In this document: piece by piece, positions 51,213 through 60,875 of the stretch | Layout of the letters: every line of letters starts with the position of its first letter | How positions within the stretch are numbered: the stretch's first letter is position 1 | DNA from: Calditrichia bacterium | GTDB taxonomy: Bacteria; Calditrichota; Calditrichia; RBG-13-44-9; J075 | Direction of reading: 5' to 3' | Length of the DNA stretch: 60,897 nucleotides | Assembly: GCA_050633245.1 (NCBI GenBank) | Contig: JBOEGD010000007.1 | Span: 1 to 60,897, forward strand | Notes under the pieces: generated by a model | Seen by the model: only the letters and a program-made list of their open reading frames with translations | The model's database searches: none | Told to the model about the DNA's origin: nothing | Translations under genes and position numbers: made by a program

Positions 51213-54200
51213 TTACCTAACCAGCAACATCTTCCTCGTCTTCACAAAGTCTCCGACCTCAAGGCGATAAAAATACACGCCGCTGCTCACGCTGTTCCCC
51301 AACTGCGATCGCCCATCCCAGCGCATGTCATAGCTCCCTGCGCTAAGTTGATCATCTATCAGCGTGGTCACCTTTTGCCCCAACACGTTAAAGGTTTGCA
51401 GCGTTACCTTTTGGGCCGCCGGAATCTGAAATTTGATCGTCGTTTCCGGGTTGAAAGGATTCGGGTAGTTCTGCGCGAGCTCAAAGGTTAGTGCTGCCGT
51501 TGGCGTAGCAATTCCAAGCGGACTTGCCGGTGTAAAGCGATACACACTGCCGAAACGTATGCCGGTTTTTAGAAATAGCTTTAATGTGCCGGGGTTTTGC
51601 AAGAATGAGAATCCAAAACGAACTCTCGGCCACAGCGCCCATTGCGTATCGGTATCACCAAAAATCATTCCACTCTGATAATACCCGCCTGCGGTAAGCG
51701 GGTCGTAAGTGCTTTTCATAATGAAGAGATATTCACGCCCGCCAAGTGAAGAATTCCCGGGATCCCACTCTAGATTCAAATTACCGGCACCCGCATCCTC
51801 TACAAAAGCTATATTCACGCGACGTGGGTTCTGCGGATCTTCAATATCATATGCCGCCCCGGGAAAAATACCAATGCCGGCAAAGTTATAACCTGAACTG
51901 CGATGAAATACGCAAGCGTTAGTCTGCATCGTCGAGTCAAAAACAATTGCCACATCATGAACCTCTTCAATCGATAGCGTACTGCCAATGAATTCTTTAC
52001 CAACATCAATAGCGCCTCCAAAGGAGCGACCACCCCAGTTGACGCCTCCAAACCAGCGTGGACCTCCCTCCCACTCCCAGCGGTCGGGAAAGTCCTCGGG
52101 AATCGTCGTGCCTTGCGTAATCAGAAAGCCATCTTGCGGAGTGCTGTTGTGCGGAAAGGCATCGGGATAGGGAACAGCCTGCTGGAGAACCTGACCTTGC
52201 GTGTCGTTTCGAAGCGTATAAACGGGTTCACCGACAGCATTCGTATCATCAAATGCCACCGAGTAGGTATCGCCGTTAATCATCGACGAATCAAAAATAC
52301 GATAGCCCAACTCACCATCGCTTATTCCGGAAGTCTTTTCGGATAGATAATCTTGTGGTTCCTCTTGAAGAGCCGCAATGTAAACCGCAACGGTATCCAT
52401 CCAGGCCGCGCCTTTTCGGTCTTCAAGCCGAAAGACCAGTTGAAGCGAATCGTCGCCCATAATGCCAGCATCCAGCTGCATAAAAAAGTAAGGCTCGTTT
52501 TCGCCATACGGCCAGGAAAATTGACTGTTTCCCGGGACAAAGAAGTTCTGAAAACCATTTTCTGCACGAAAGTTTGGCGTATAGGCTGGCTGAAGCGTCT
52601 CGATGGAATAAATATTTAACTCTTCAAATGCCGCATTTCCATCATTTGCGAGAGTAAGCGTAAACCGCACGTTTTCACCGGGGTTTACCTGACCATCTTC
52701 ATTCAGATTGTCCGATCCAATATTCACCGCTGTTATTCTTACCGGACCACCGGTTGTAATATTACGTGCGATATGCTCTCTTGTTATCTGAAAGCCACTG
52801 GAATATGTCACCTGTAGATCGGCAGTAAGGCCATCGCCACGCGGTGTAGTTTGCCATGTTGCTCCCCAGAGACCGTCACCGGCAGCACCATCATTATGAG
52901 CGCCATCGTCGAACAAACGAACTTCCGCAACACTCCCCTCATTCCTATCCTGCAGGCGTAGGAAGACCTCAAGTGCATTGTTTAGTTTCACCTGAAAACC
53001 AACTTCAGATAAACCAGTTGAAAGGTAGCGAGTTCGCCAGTTAAATGCTGTTTTAGATGGAATTGTGCGAAAGCGATCTTTTTGCAAGGCCATAGCAAGG
53101 CGCTGTTTACGCTTTAGTTCGGCAACGCTATGTAGCCAGGTATCACCGAGTCCGCCAATTGCAGAATAAATAACTTCCTGAACGTCTCCAGGCTGCATAT
53201 AAAAAGGCCCGGAAGAAATAAGTATTCTGCGATCCCCCGGATAAAGATTATCTTCTAAACCATCGACATCATACGTTTGCGTCACCGGATCTCCATTGAG
53301 AAGAAATTTTGTCGGCTGTCCACGAAGTGGTCCAGCACCATGATACCATGGTCGATAGAGATGTCCTGACATTATGTATCCATTAAACCTATAATAGTAA
53401 TCTTCAGTCGCCTCATAATCACCAAACGTTATGTCGCTAATCGGAGCTCCTGAGGAAAGTGGGAAAAAAGATGTCACGCCTATATCTCGATAACCAGCGA
53501 TACGCAAAAAATCAAAAGTCGCGCTATCTCCCGGCGATTCGCGGAGGGGCCCTTGCAACAAACCATAGCCATAAGCAGGTGGTGCGAGGTTAGCGATTTC
53601 ATATTCCGGTTCATAAGCCTCGCCGTTATAGGCATAGCCAAGACCAAGGATAGAATCACAGCCGGCAAAATCGTTCTCACTTTCACCGATATCAAGATCA
53701 GCCCAGCGTACTACATACACCGAATCAATATCATAACCGGAATGATTGATAAAGCGGTAGCGCTGAAACTGCATATCAACTAAATCCCCACGATAACCGG
53801 CATATCCCCATATCGTGGTCTGAATTTCCAGGCCAATCGGCGGCGAGCCGGCAAAAGCGACGGATTTTGCCAAATCCAAATCATTGGTTACCATCCAAAT
53901 CACCTGATCGGCTTCTGCCAGTCCAGGTTCGTCGGCATCTGGTTCATAACTGCCATTATTGTTGTTGTCATAATACGGAGCGCCTAACTGCGCAGGCCAG
54001 TTGTTCCAATCATAGGCATATTGATTGATGACCGAGCGTGCCTGCTTCGGCGTTACGTCAGACACATCTACCTGAAAGACGTCTGCTGCATCGAGAAGGA
54101 CCTCAATACTAGATTCAGTCAGGGTCTTATAGTCTCGCCGAATGCGAAAGGCCTTCATCGCTTCACCAGCTACCGGGTTGGGGCCGGATTGAACGATTGG

Positions 54201-54548
54201 TCCTGACACTGTCGAGGATATATAGGTCTGACCACCGACTCGTAAGATTGGTTTGGAAGGATCATTGTCCTGCACATAGCCGCCCCAAAGCAAACCATCC
54301 TGCTTGCTCACACTTGCGATGCGTCGCGGATAATAAACGCCGGCTTCTCCATCAGGTGCACTGCCGGACAGACCGTCGTTGCGTATCCAGGTGGAGAGGT
54401 TATTGATATTAAGGATTTGCCAAGAATCAATTTGGCTGGTGGATTGTCCATTCTTCCGCGACAATGTAAGTTCATCCTGCCCAAAAAGACAGGTTGCAAA
54501 AATCAGTAAAAATAGTAAAATAATGTGAAGTGTAACGTTATACAGCAT
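51213..54548 (-). CDS. Large secreted protein (1111 aa), paralog C
   Basis: Colinear with paralogs A and B, with the same motifs and tail. Confidence 0.85.
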   Translation of the reverse strand: MLYNVTLHIILLFLLIFATCLFGQDELTLSRKNGQSTSQIDSWQILNINNLSTWIRNDGLSGSAPDGEAGVYYPRRIASVSKQDGLLWGGYVQDNDPSKPILRVGGQTYISSTVSGPIVQSGPNPVAGEAMKAFRIRRDYKTLTESSIEVLLDAADVFQVDVSDVTPKQARSVINQYAYDWNNWPAQLGAPYYDNNNNGSYEPDADEPGLAEADQVIWMVTNDLDLAKSVAFAGSPPIGLEIQTTIWGYAGYRGDLVDMQFQRYRFINHSGYDIDSVYVVRWADLDIGESENDFAGCDSILGLGYAYNGEAYEPEYEIANLAPPAYGYGLLQGPLRESPGDSATFDFLRIAGYRDIGVTSFFPLSSGAPISDITFGDYEATEDYYYRFNGYIMSGHLYRPWYHGAGPLRGQPTKFLLNGDPVTQTYDVDGLEDNLYPGDRRILISSGPFYMQPGDVQEVIYSAIGGLGDTWLHSVAELKRKQRLAMALQKDRFRTIPSKTAFNWRTRYLSTGLSEVGFQVKLNNALEVFLRLQDRNEGSVAEVRLFDDGAHNDGAAGDGLWGATWQTTPRGDGLTADLQVTYSSGFQITREHIARNITTGGPVRITAVNIGSDNLNEDGQVNPGENVRFTLTLANDGNAAFEELNIYSIETLQPAYTPNFRAENGFQNFFVPGNSQFSWPYGENEPYFFMQLDAGIMGDDSLQLVFRLEDRKGAAWMDTVAVYIAALQEEPQDYLSEKTSGISDGELGYRIFDSSMINGDTYSVAFDDTNAVGEPVYTLRNDTQGQVLQQAVPYPDAFPHNSTPQDGFLITQGTTIPEDFPDRWEWEGGPRWFGGVNWGGRSFGGAIDVGKEFIGSTLSIEEVHDVAIVFDSTMQTNACVFHRSSGYNFAGIGIFPGAAYDIEDPQNPRRVNIAFVEDAGAGNLNLEWDPGNSSLGGREYLFIMKSTYDPLTAGGYYQSGMIFGDTDTQWALWPRVRFGFSFLQNPGTLKLFLKTGIRFGSVYRFTPASPLGIATPTAALTFELAQNYPNPFNPETTIKFQIPAAQKVTLQTFNVLGQKVTTLIDDQLSAGSYDMRWDGRSQLGNSVSSGVYFYRLEVGDFVKTRKMLLVR

Positions 54549-54648
54549 GCGCCCTCCGTCAAAAAAATTGCGGCAGGCATATCTCCCACTATCATATTAC
54601 GACATCGTATTTGAATTCTGAAATATTAAAAAAAAACGGCACTGAACT

Positions 54649-54820
54649 GACGGCATACTAAAGACGGCATACTAAAGACGGCATACTAAAGACGGCATAC
54701 TAAAGACGGCAGTTTAAAGACAGCAGTGAGGCTCTTTCTTGCTATCAGTTATTTTCCGTCTGTTATTTTCCGTCTGTTATTTCCCGTTTGTTGATTCCCG
54801 ATTCCCGAGTGCCGAGTGCC
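54649..54820. repeat. 14-bp tandem repeats GACGGCATACTAAA x4 (plus two degenerate copies), GTTATTTTCCGTCT x about 3, then GATTCCC x2 and GAGTGCC x2
   Basis: Perfect units at 54649-54704, read directly; no spacers. Confidence 0.9.
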
Positions 54821-54823
54821 AAC

Positions 54824-55618
54824 TCACGATTCACTCTCAGCACTTTCCGAGTCATCTTCTTCATCAGCCGAAGACTTGAAGTTGCCAGATAAAAAGTCTT
54901 TGATCATTGGAAGAAATTGGTCTTTATGACGATCCGGCCAGGGATTGTTTTTATCTGGTGGTCGACCAAGCAACCCCAGATGTGCACAGTGGATAATCGG
55001 AACTTCCACGTCTTCGAGCTCCAGCGTCTTTATTGCCGGTTTTACCAAGGCAATCTGATCTTTAGGCGTCTTAATTGCATGCAAAACGCCAGCGACTTCC
55101 GCCCCAAGTGTGATAACCAATCGCGGGTGTGCTTCACGAATTTCTCGGGCAATCCATGGTAATGAACGATAACCCAGATCAAAAAAATTTTCACGGTCAT
55201 AACCTTCCGGAGCAGCCCAGCCAAGCCGTTTATAGGCCTCAACATGCTGTTTTCGAAAGAGAAATACCTTCACGAGGGTCGATACCCAACAGTCTTTTTT
55301 GCGAAGCTCCAATGGTTCCAAAAAGCGTTTCTCAAATACCCGAGCCTGTACCTGATCTCGTACTCGCGTGCCATCAAACCAGCGTTCGGGTGCAAGCGGA
55401 CCAGTAAGGTCTGCGTTGGGCACATTTTTCTCTTTTCCAAAAGCAGCCACCCGACAAGAAGGGTATCCTGCGAGAAAGAAGACACCATGAAGAGAGATAT
55501 CAACCGGCACAACAGGACGCAACGGTGCCCCGCTGATATAGCGCGCATCAAACTTCAACCCCAGTGAAGCAGCGTAATTTCGATACATGTCCTTTAGAAG
55601 TTCTTTTTCAGGCTTCAT
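54824..55618 (-). CDS. Uracil-DNA glycosylase-like superfamily protein (divergent)
   Basis: UDG-fold pattern: motif-A region VFFLAGYPS, CWVSTLVKVF, EIREAHPRLVITLGAEVA, motif-B region HCAHLG; acidic C-terminal tail. Confidence 0.6.
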   Translation of the reverse strand: MKPEKELLKDMYRNYAASLGLKFDARYISGAPLRPVVPVDISLHGVFFLAGYPSCRVAAFGKEKNVPNADLTGPLAPERWFDGTRVRDQVQARVFEKRFLEPLELRKKDCWVSTLVKVFLFRKQHVEAYKRLGWAAPEGYDRENFFDLGYRSLPWIAREIREAHPRLVITLGAEVAGVLHAIKTPKDQIALVKPAIKTLELEDVEVPIIHCAHLGLLGRPPDKNNPWPDRHKDQFLPMIKDFLSGNFKSSADEEDDSESAESES

Positions 55619-55628
55619 ACTCCCCCCA

Positions 55629-57839
55629 CTAAATTGAAAGCGTAAAACGAGCTAAAATGTGTCGTCCGGCAGCACCGACACCCAGCGCAGTGCGCTGCTT
55701 TTCGTCCAAAACATTCTTACCACTTAAGTCAATTCGCAGCCCTTTTGCATATTCAGACAAATCGTAACCAATTGCAGCATTCAGCAAAAAAGCGGCTTCA
55801 ATTTCTCCGCTATGAACACCATAGACATATGGATATGCCCCATTATATTGAGCCGATAAATAGAGCGATGGTCCTTTCTCTTTAAACCAGCTGAACTTAC
55901 TGCCCACTTTCAGCGCAGGACGATTCAAGGCAATGACAAGTGCTTCTGGAAAAACTGAGCCAATTTGAAAACTGTCTTCGCTGGTAAACTGACCATAGAC
56001 ATCCAACGTTGCCTCTTTTGCCAGCAATACCCGCATATCCGCCTGAAGTCCCCAGTATTTTACATTTTCCACAACCGTCAGGCGATTCGCAGTAATCGAT
56101 CGGCTGCCGGGAAGCGCAATTAGCCGATCATGTTGTTCGGAATATCCACGTAATGAAATGAGCAGTTTATCTACCCATAGCCCGCGATAGGTAATATCGA
56201 CAGTGCTTTTCTGTTCGTCAGGCTTAAGTGAATCTGCCAAAGAATAGAGCCCGCTCAGCTCACTGGTGCCAAAAAGCTGATGTGCCGTCGCATTGTTGTT
56301 GTTTCGCGAGACTCCTGCTATCAGCTGATGTTTTGCGCTAAGTTGCAATCGAATGCTCATCATTGGCGACAACAGTACGTCTTCAGTCACATTATTGCGC
56401 TCGACATTTAGACCGATTTGAGCTTCAAGCACTCTCCCGATTAATACTCGACGCAAATCTACCAACCCATGCAAAACTGAATACCCTTCCACAAGCGTCG
56501 AGTCGAATTGACTTCCAACACTGCCATCCGCCGTCGTCTGCTCACCCGAAAAGCCAATATGCATGCTTCCCTTTGCGCCGCTTCGGCGATAGTTCAGATT
56601 GGATCGCAACCGTCGAAGTTTATCCTGCCAATTTGCAGCACTTGTATAGAAAAACGAGTCACCCGTATCTATCTGATCTGCTGAAGCAGAGAGCTGCAAT
56701 CCTCCGGATTGCAGCTGTAGCCGGCCAACCAGACGCTGAAAGCCATCCAGCTGAGTAATTCCCATGCCCGTTGGAACCGTTGCGGTGCTACTTGAAAAGC
56801 CAGCAGATGTGCGTAACCAGCTCTGTCGCCCGAGCCTTACAACCAAAGCCGCATTTAGAAAGAGTTTATTTGCCTGCTCTACTCTCGCCAACGAGTCTAA
56901 TCGCAATGCACGATTATCCAAAGAGTCTGCTGCATCGAGTGTCCATTCATTTGCACGCACATAGCTTGCATTTAGCGTGTAGCCAACTCGCTCTCTGGAG
57001 TGAACTCCGGTTCTGCGAAAGCTCACCTGCCGGATATTGTTATTCCCTCCAGCTACGGAAAGCACAACCCCCGGAGCATTGAGACTACTGCGCCTCATTA
57101 GCGACAAAACACCGTCTCGACTGGTTTGAATATCGCGATTTGTGTGCCCTGGGAAGTAGGTTATCGTCTGTAATGATTGAGTACCGGGTTCAACGCCGGA
57201 GTATTCAGCTGCCTCAAAAGCCGGGAATGAGAAATCTTCGCCATCCAGACGAATTCCGGGGCCGGGCATAAAGGGAAATAAAAAACCATTCGCCGCAAGC
57301 TCATAGCGCATCATTGAAACTGAACCGCCTGAAATTCCCGGCAAAAACTCAATTCCAGCAGGTTCGATGGTTGTTAACAACCTTGCTTCATTCACCGCAT
57401 CGACCGACTGTGAGGCCGCAGGTTGTTGATTACCTAATTGTCCGGAGGTTTCGACTATTCTATTAGCATCGAATCCGGAACGCTCCATGCGCACATCGAA
57501 CTGCTTTTGTTCGCCAGCTAAAAGCCTTACGCTGATGCGACGCGGCTCATATCCCGCAAAGCGGACAATTAGCCGGTACATTCCCGGGTTCAGGCTTTCA
57601 ATGCGATAGTCGCCACTCAGCGAAGCAGCTGAAACGTCAACCTGTTTCGACTCATCCGTAGAAATTAGTGCAACATTGGCTCCAGTGAGCATACTTCCAT
57701 CTTCAATGTCGCTAATTTTGCCAAATAGCGCGGCATCCTGCGCAGAAGCAGAAAGAAGGAAGCCCAACCATAAAAGGACGGTAAGAAGTGAACGTCTATC
57801 GACAATATTCTCTATTGCCAAGCGGCGAAGAAATTTCAA
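55629..57839 (-). CDS. TonB-dependent receptor-like OM protein with N-terminal carboxypeptidase-regulatory-like domain
   Basis: Signal peptide; GKISD...LTGANV...GDYRIESLNPGMY; amphipathic beta-strands; C-terminal LSGKNVLDE...GRHILARFTLSI. Confidence 0.75.
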   Translation of the reverse strand: MKFLRRLAIENIVDRRSLLTVLLWLGFLLSASAQDAALFGKISDIEDGSMLTGANVALISTDESKQVDVSAASLSGDYRIESLNPGMYRLIVRFAGYEPRRISVRLLAGEQKQFDVRMERSGFDANRIVETSGQLGNQQPAASQSVDAVNEARLLTTIEPAGIEFLPGISGGSVSMMRYELAANGFLFPFMPGPGIRLDGEDFSFPAFEAAEYSGVEPGTQSLQTITYFPGHTNRDIQTSRDGVLSLMRRSSLNAPGVVLSVAGGNNNIRQVSFRRTGVHSRERVGYTLNASYVRANEWTLDAADSLDNRALRLDSLARVEQANKLFLNAALVVRLGRQSWLRTSAGFSSSTATVPTGMGITQLDGFQRLVGRLQLQSGGLQLSASADQIDTGDSFFYTSAANWQDKLRRLRSNLNYRRSGAKGSMHIGFSGEQTTADGSVGSQFDSTLVEGYSVLHGLVDLRRVLIGRVLEAQIGLNVERNNVTEDVLLSPMMSIRLQLSAKHQLIAGVSRNNNNATAHQLFGTSELSGLYSLADSLKPDEQKSTVDITYRGLWVDKLLISLRGYSEQHDRLIALPGSRSITANRLTVVENVKYWGLQADMRVLLAKEATLDVYGQFTSEDSFQIGSVFPEALVIALNRPALKVGSKFSWFKEKGPSLYLSAQYNGAYPYVYGVHSGEIEAAFLLNAAIGYDLSEYAKGLRIDLSGKNVLDEKQRTALGVGAAGRHILARFTLSI

Positions 57840-57849
57840 TCAAACTCCA

Positions 57850-58770
57850 TTACTCTATTTCGAAAACAACCAGCGCATGGTTAAGTTTGCCACGCAGCTG
57901 TTCTACAACCTGCTCAGGAATACCATTACCGCTAATATCCAGTTGTTTCAAGCTCCATAAGCCCCCCACCCAAAGCGGGACGCTGGAGAATTGATTGTTA
58001 CTGAGATTCAGCATCTCTATGCGCGGCAAGCCTTTAAGTGCCTGCGGGAGCGCGCTAAGATTATTATTGGAAAGATCCAGCCATCGTAAGTTGGGCAACG
58101 CCCCCAAAAATGAAGAAACGCTGTCTATCGCATTATAATGAAGGCTCAACCGCCTCAACTCTTTGAAATAATTTACGCTGGCAGGTATAACCTCAATACG
58201 ATTTCGACTGAGATCGAGCACGTGCAGCCCCTTTAACTCTTCCAGCAGCAGGGGAAATTGCTGAATCGAATTATGACTTAAATCGAGCGTGCGTAAGTTG
58301 GGCAATTTGGTAAGCACTTCGGGGACCCGGCTAAACGTATTATGCGACAGATAGATCGCCTCCAGGCTCTTGATATCTGAGAGGGTTTGGGGCAGCCGAT
58401 TAATTTTATTAAAAACAAGATCGAGTGTCATGAGATTTTGCAGCAAGCCAATGCTCGACGGCAGTTCTGCAAGCTCATTGATACCGGCATGCAAAGACTG
58501 CAACTTGGTGAGATAACCGATAGACTGAGGTAATTCCTTCAGCTTATTATCGCTTATATCCAATGTTTTCAGATTAAATAATTGCTCAAGGGAATCCGGA
58601 ATGGAGGTCAGGGCTTGTCCACGAATATCGAGATACAACACCTCGGCTGGATTGGCAAAAGCTTCTTCCAGTGAGTTGAATCTGCCCGGTTCGACAGTAT
58701 TTGAGGAATCGCTCTTCTGGGCAAACAGCGGCGCAGTGAGCAATAAAATGATCAAAAGTAGTACGTTCAT
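57850..58770 (-). CDS. Secreted leucine-rich-repeat protein
   Basis: Signal peptide (PLFA/Q) and about ten 23-aa LxxLxLxxNxLxxLPxx repeats. Confidence 0.92.
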   Translation of the reverse strand: MNVLLLIILLLTAPLFAQKSDSSNTVEPGRFNSLEEAFANPAEVLYLDIRGQALTSIPDSLEQLFNLKTLDISDNKLKELPQSIGYLTKLQSLHAGINELAELPSSIGLLQNLMTLDLVFNKINRLPQTLSDIKSLEAIYLSHNTFSRVPEVLTKLPNLRTLDLSHNSIQQFPLLLEELKGLHVLDLSRNRIEVIPASVNYFKELRRLSLHYNAIDSVSSFLGALPNLRWLDLSNNNLSALPQALKGLPRIEMLNLSNNQFSSVPLWVGGLWSLKQLDISGNGIPEQVVEQLRGKLNHALVVFEIE

Positions 58771-59024
58771 AACCTAATTTTCGGGCGTTCGCCCCGTTTC
58801 GTGATAATCGAACACCCCACCCTCTGACACCCATAATACGTGATTATTTTCCTAAAACTCAAACTTTTCTCACAAAGTTCCCGCCTATGTTTTTGAGGGC
58901 AAATGCACATTTATGATGTTGACTAACTTTTATTACTCAGAGCTTCACAATTTGGCAACATATTCTTATCTTGACAGGTCAAAAAATGCGAACAGAACAT
59001 TCACACACTGGAATCTGAGAACTT

Positions 59025-59645
59025 ATGAGCGACTCTATTTTAATCGGCATTGCCGGTAATATCGGCGTTGGAAAAACAACTCTGACTGAAAAGCTTGGCA
59101 AGAAGCTGGATTTGCGAACCTACTACGAAAGCGTCATAGACAATCCTTTTCTCGACGAGTTCTATAGCGATATGGCTCGGTGGAGCTTTAATCTGCAGAT
59201 TTACTTTCTGGCACATCGTTTCAAAAGCCAAAAAGAGATATCTGAAGTTGGAAGAAATGCCGTTCAGGATCGCACCATTTATGAAGATGTCGAAATTTTT
59301 GCGCGCTCACTCTACGAGCAGGAATTCATGTCTCAAAAAGACTATGACTGCTACTCAGATCTGTTTCACAATATGATCCCGTTCCTGAAAAAGCCGGACG
59401 TTATCATCTACCTAAATGCATCTGTCGATACGTTGATGGGACGCATACAGCAGCGCGGTCGAGATTTCGAGACGACTATTGAGCGTTCGTATATTGAATA
59501 TTTAAATGAATCCTATGCCCGGTGGATGAAGAAGGCCCGCAATGAATTTCACGTGTTGGAGATCGACGCCAATAAAACCGATTTCGTGAATGGCGATGAG
59601 GATTTGGATAAACTGGTTGAGCAATTGAAAGAGTTGGTCTTCTAA
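59025..59645 (+). CDS. Deoxynucleoside kinase (dAK/dGK/dCK family)
   Basis: P-loop GNIGVGKTT, DRTIYED, PDVIIYL and lid RIQQRGRDFE. Confidence 0.93.
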   Translation: MSDSILIGIAGNIGVGKTTLTEKLGKKLDLRTYYESVIDNPFLDEFYSDMARWSFNLQIYFLAHRFKSQKEISEVGRNAVQDRTIYEDVEIFARSLYEQEFMSQKDYDCYSDLFHNMIPFLKKPDVIIYLNASVDTLMGRIQQRGRDFETTIERSYIEYLNESYARWMKKARNEFHVLEIDANKTDFVNGDEDLDKLVEQLKELVF

Positions 59646-59653
59646 AAAAGCAT

Positions 59654-59688
59654 AAAAAAACCTGATCTGCTGAAATCAGCAGATCAGG
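59654..59688 (-). terminator. Rho-independent terminator of hppD (possibly bidirectional)
   Basis: cctgatctgctga-aa-tcagcagatcagg (13-bp stem) followed by T7 on the minus strand. Confidence 0.8.
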
Positions 59689-59712
59689 CGGATAATCAAA
59701 TTACTCTGATTC

Positions 59713-60846
59713 CTACAATGTTCCGCGCAGTTCCTGCTCACGTTCAATCGCTTCAAACAGTGCTTTAAAATTCCCCTTACCAAACGATGTAGCACCCTTA
59801 CGCTGAATGATTTCAAAGAACAGCGTCGGACGCGGATTTACCGGTTTGGTAAAGATCTGCAGCAAATAGCCTTCATCATCGCGGTCTACCAGGATTCCTA
59901 ATTCACGAAGCGGTTCAACATCTTCGTCAATCTCTCCTACTCTGTCTAACAGCACATCATAGTAAGTAGTCGGAACGCGTAAAAACTCGACGCCACGGTT
60001 TACTAACGCGGTGACGGTACCAATAATATCGTTCGTTGCAACAGCAATGTGCTGGACCCCCGGCCCTTCGTAAAAGTCGAGATATTCGTCAATTTGAGAC
60101 TTTTTCTTGCCCTCTGCCGGCTCATTGATCGGAAACTTAATGCGGCCGTTGCCATTACTCATCACTTTACTCATGAGCGCGGTATAGTCAGTTGAAATAT
60201 CTTTATCGTCAAAGGAAACGATTTGAGCAAACCCGAGCACATCCTGATAGAATTTCACCCACTCATTCATTTTACCAAGCTCAACATTTCCAACCATGTG
60301 GTCTACATACTTTAGTCCAATAGAGGTCGGTTTATAGTGCGAATCCCACGCCTTATAACCGGGCAAAAAGATTCCGTTGTAATCTTTACGTTCTACGAAA
60401 ATGTGAACAACATCTCCATAGGTATGAATTCCGGAGCGCACAACCTTTCCATCGGCATCCTCTTCAACCGTTGGCTCCATAAATGGCTTTCCACCGCGCT
60501 TTACGGCTTCGTTAAAGGCATATGTTGCATCATCTACCCAAAGCGCCGTTACCCGCACACCATCACCATGCCGGTCGATATGAGCACCAATTTCAGTGCC
60601 GCTTTTCATTGGAGAAGTGAGAACAAGTCGAATTTTGTCTTGTACGAGTACAAATGATTCGCGATCACGTAGCCCGGTTTCAAGGCCGGCAAATGCCAGC
60701 GACTCAAAACCAAAAGCGGTTTTGTAATAATGTGCTGCCTGGCGAGCATTGCTCACATAAAGCTCGATATAATCCGTGCCATTAATCGGCATAAAGTCCG
60801 CTGCTTTTTCAAACAGCTTTGGAAGCTCTGTTGTTGGTGTTGCCAT
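59713..60846 (-). CDS. hppD: 4-hydroxyphenylpyruvate dioxygenase
   Basis: DHMVGNV, FPINEP, GVQHIA, LLQIFT, FFEIIQR and FGKGNFKALFEAIEREQ. Confidence 0.98.
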   Translation of the reverse strand: MATPTTELPKLFEKAADFMPINGTDYIELYVSNARQAAHYYKTAFGFESLAFAGLETGLRDRESFVLVQDKIRLVLTSPMKSGTEIGAHIDRHGDGVRVTALWVDDATYAFNEAVKRGGKPFMEPTVEEDADGKVVRSGIHTYGDVVHIFVERKDYNGIFLPGYKAWDSHYKPTSIGLKYVDHMVGNVELGKMNEWVKFYQDVLGFAQIVSFDDKDISTDYTALMSKVMSNGNGRIKFPINEPAEGKKKSQIDEYLDFYEGPGVQHIAVATNDIIGTVTALVNRGVEFLRVPTTYYDVLLDRVGEIDEDVEPLRELGILVDRDDEGYLLQIFTKPVNPRPTLFFEIIQRKGATSFGKGNFKALFEAIEREQELRGTL

Positions 60847-60875
60847 GTGCTCTTCTCCTTTATAAGGTTCATTTC

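Noticed and set aside
44130-51491. Plus-strand ORFs containing 'QQHLPRLHK' (44130-44591, 47747-47971, 51108-51491)
   Set aside because: They are antisense shadows of the conserved secretion tails, which explains their mutual similarity.
44223-51495. Diversity-generating retroelement (VR/TR pairs in the similar 3' ends)
   Set aside because: There is no reverse transcriptase or Avd in the window, all copies lie inside genes, and the differences are not restricted to adenines.
54649-54718. CRISPR array
   Set aside because: The 14-bp units are directly adjacent with no spacers, and there are no cas genes.
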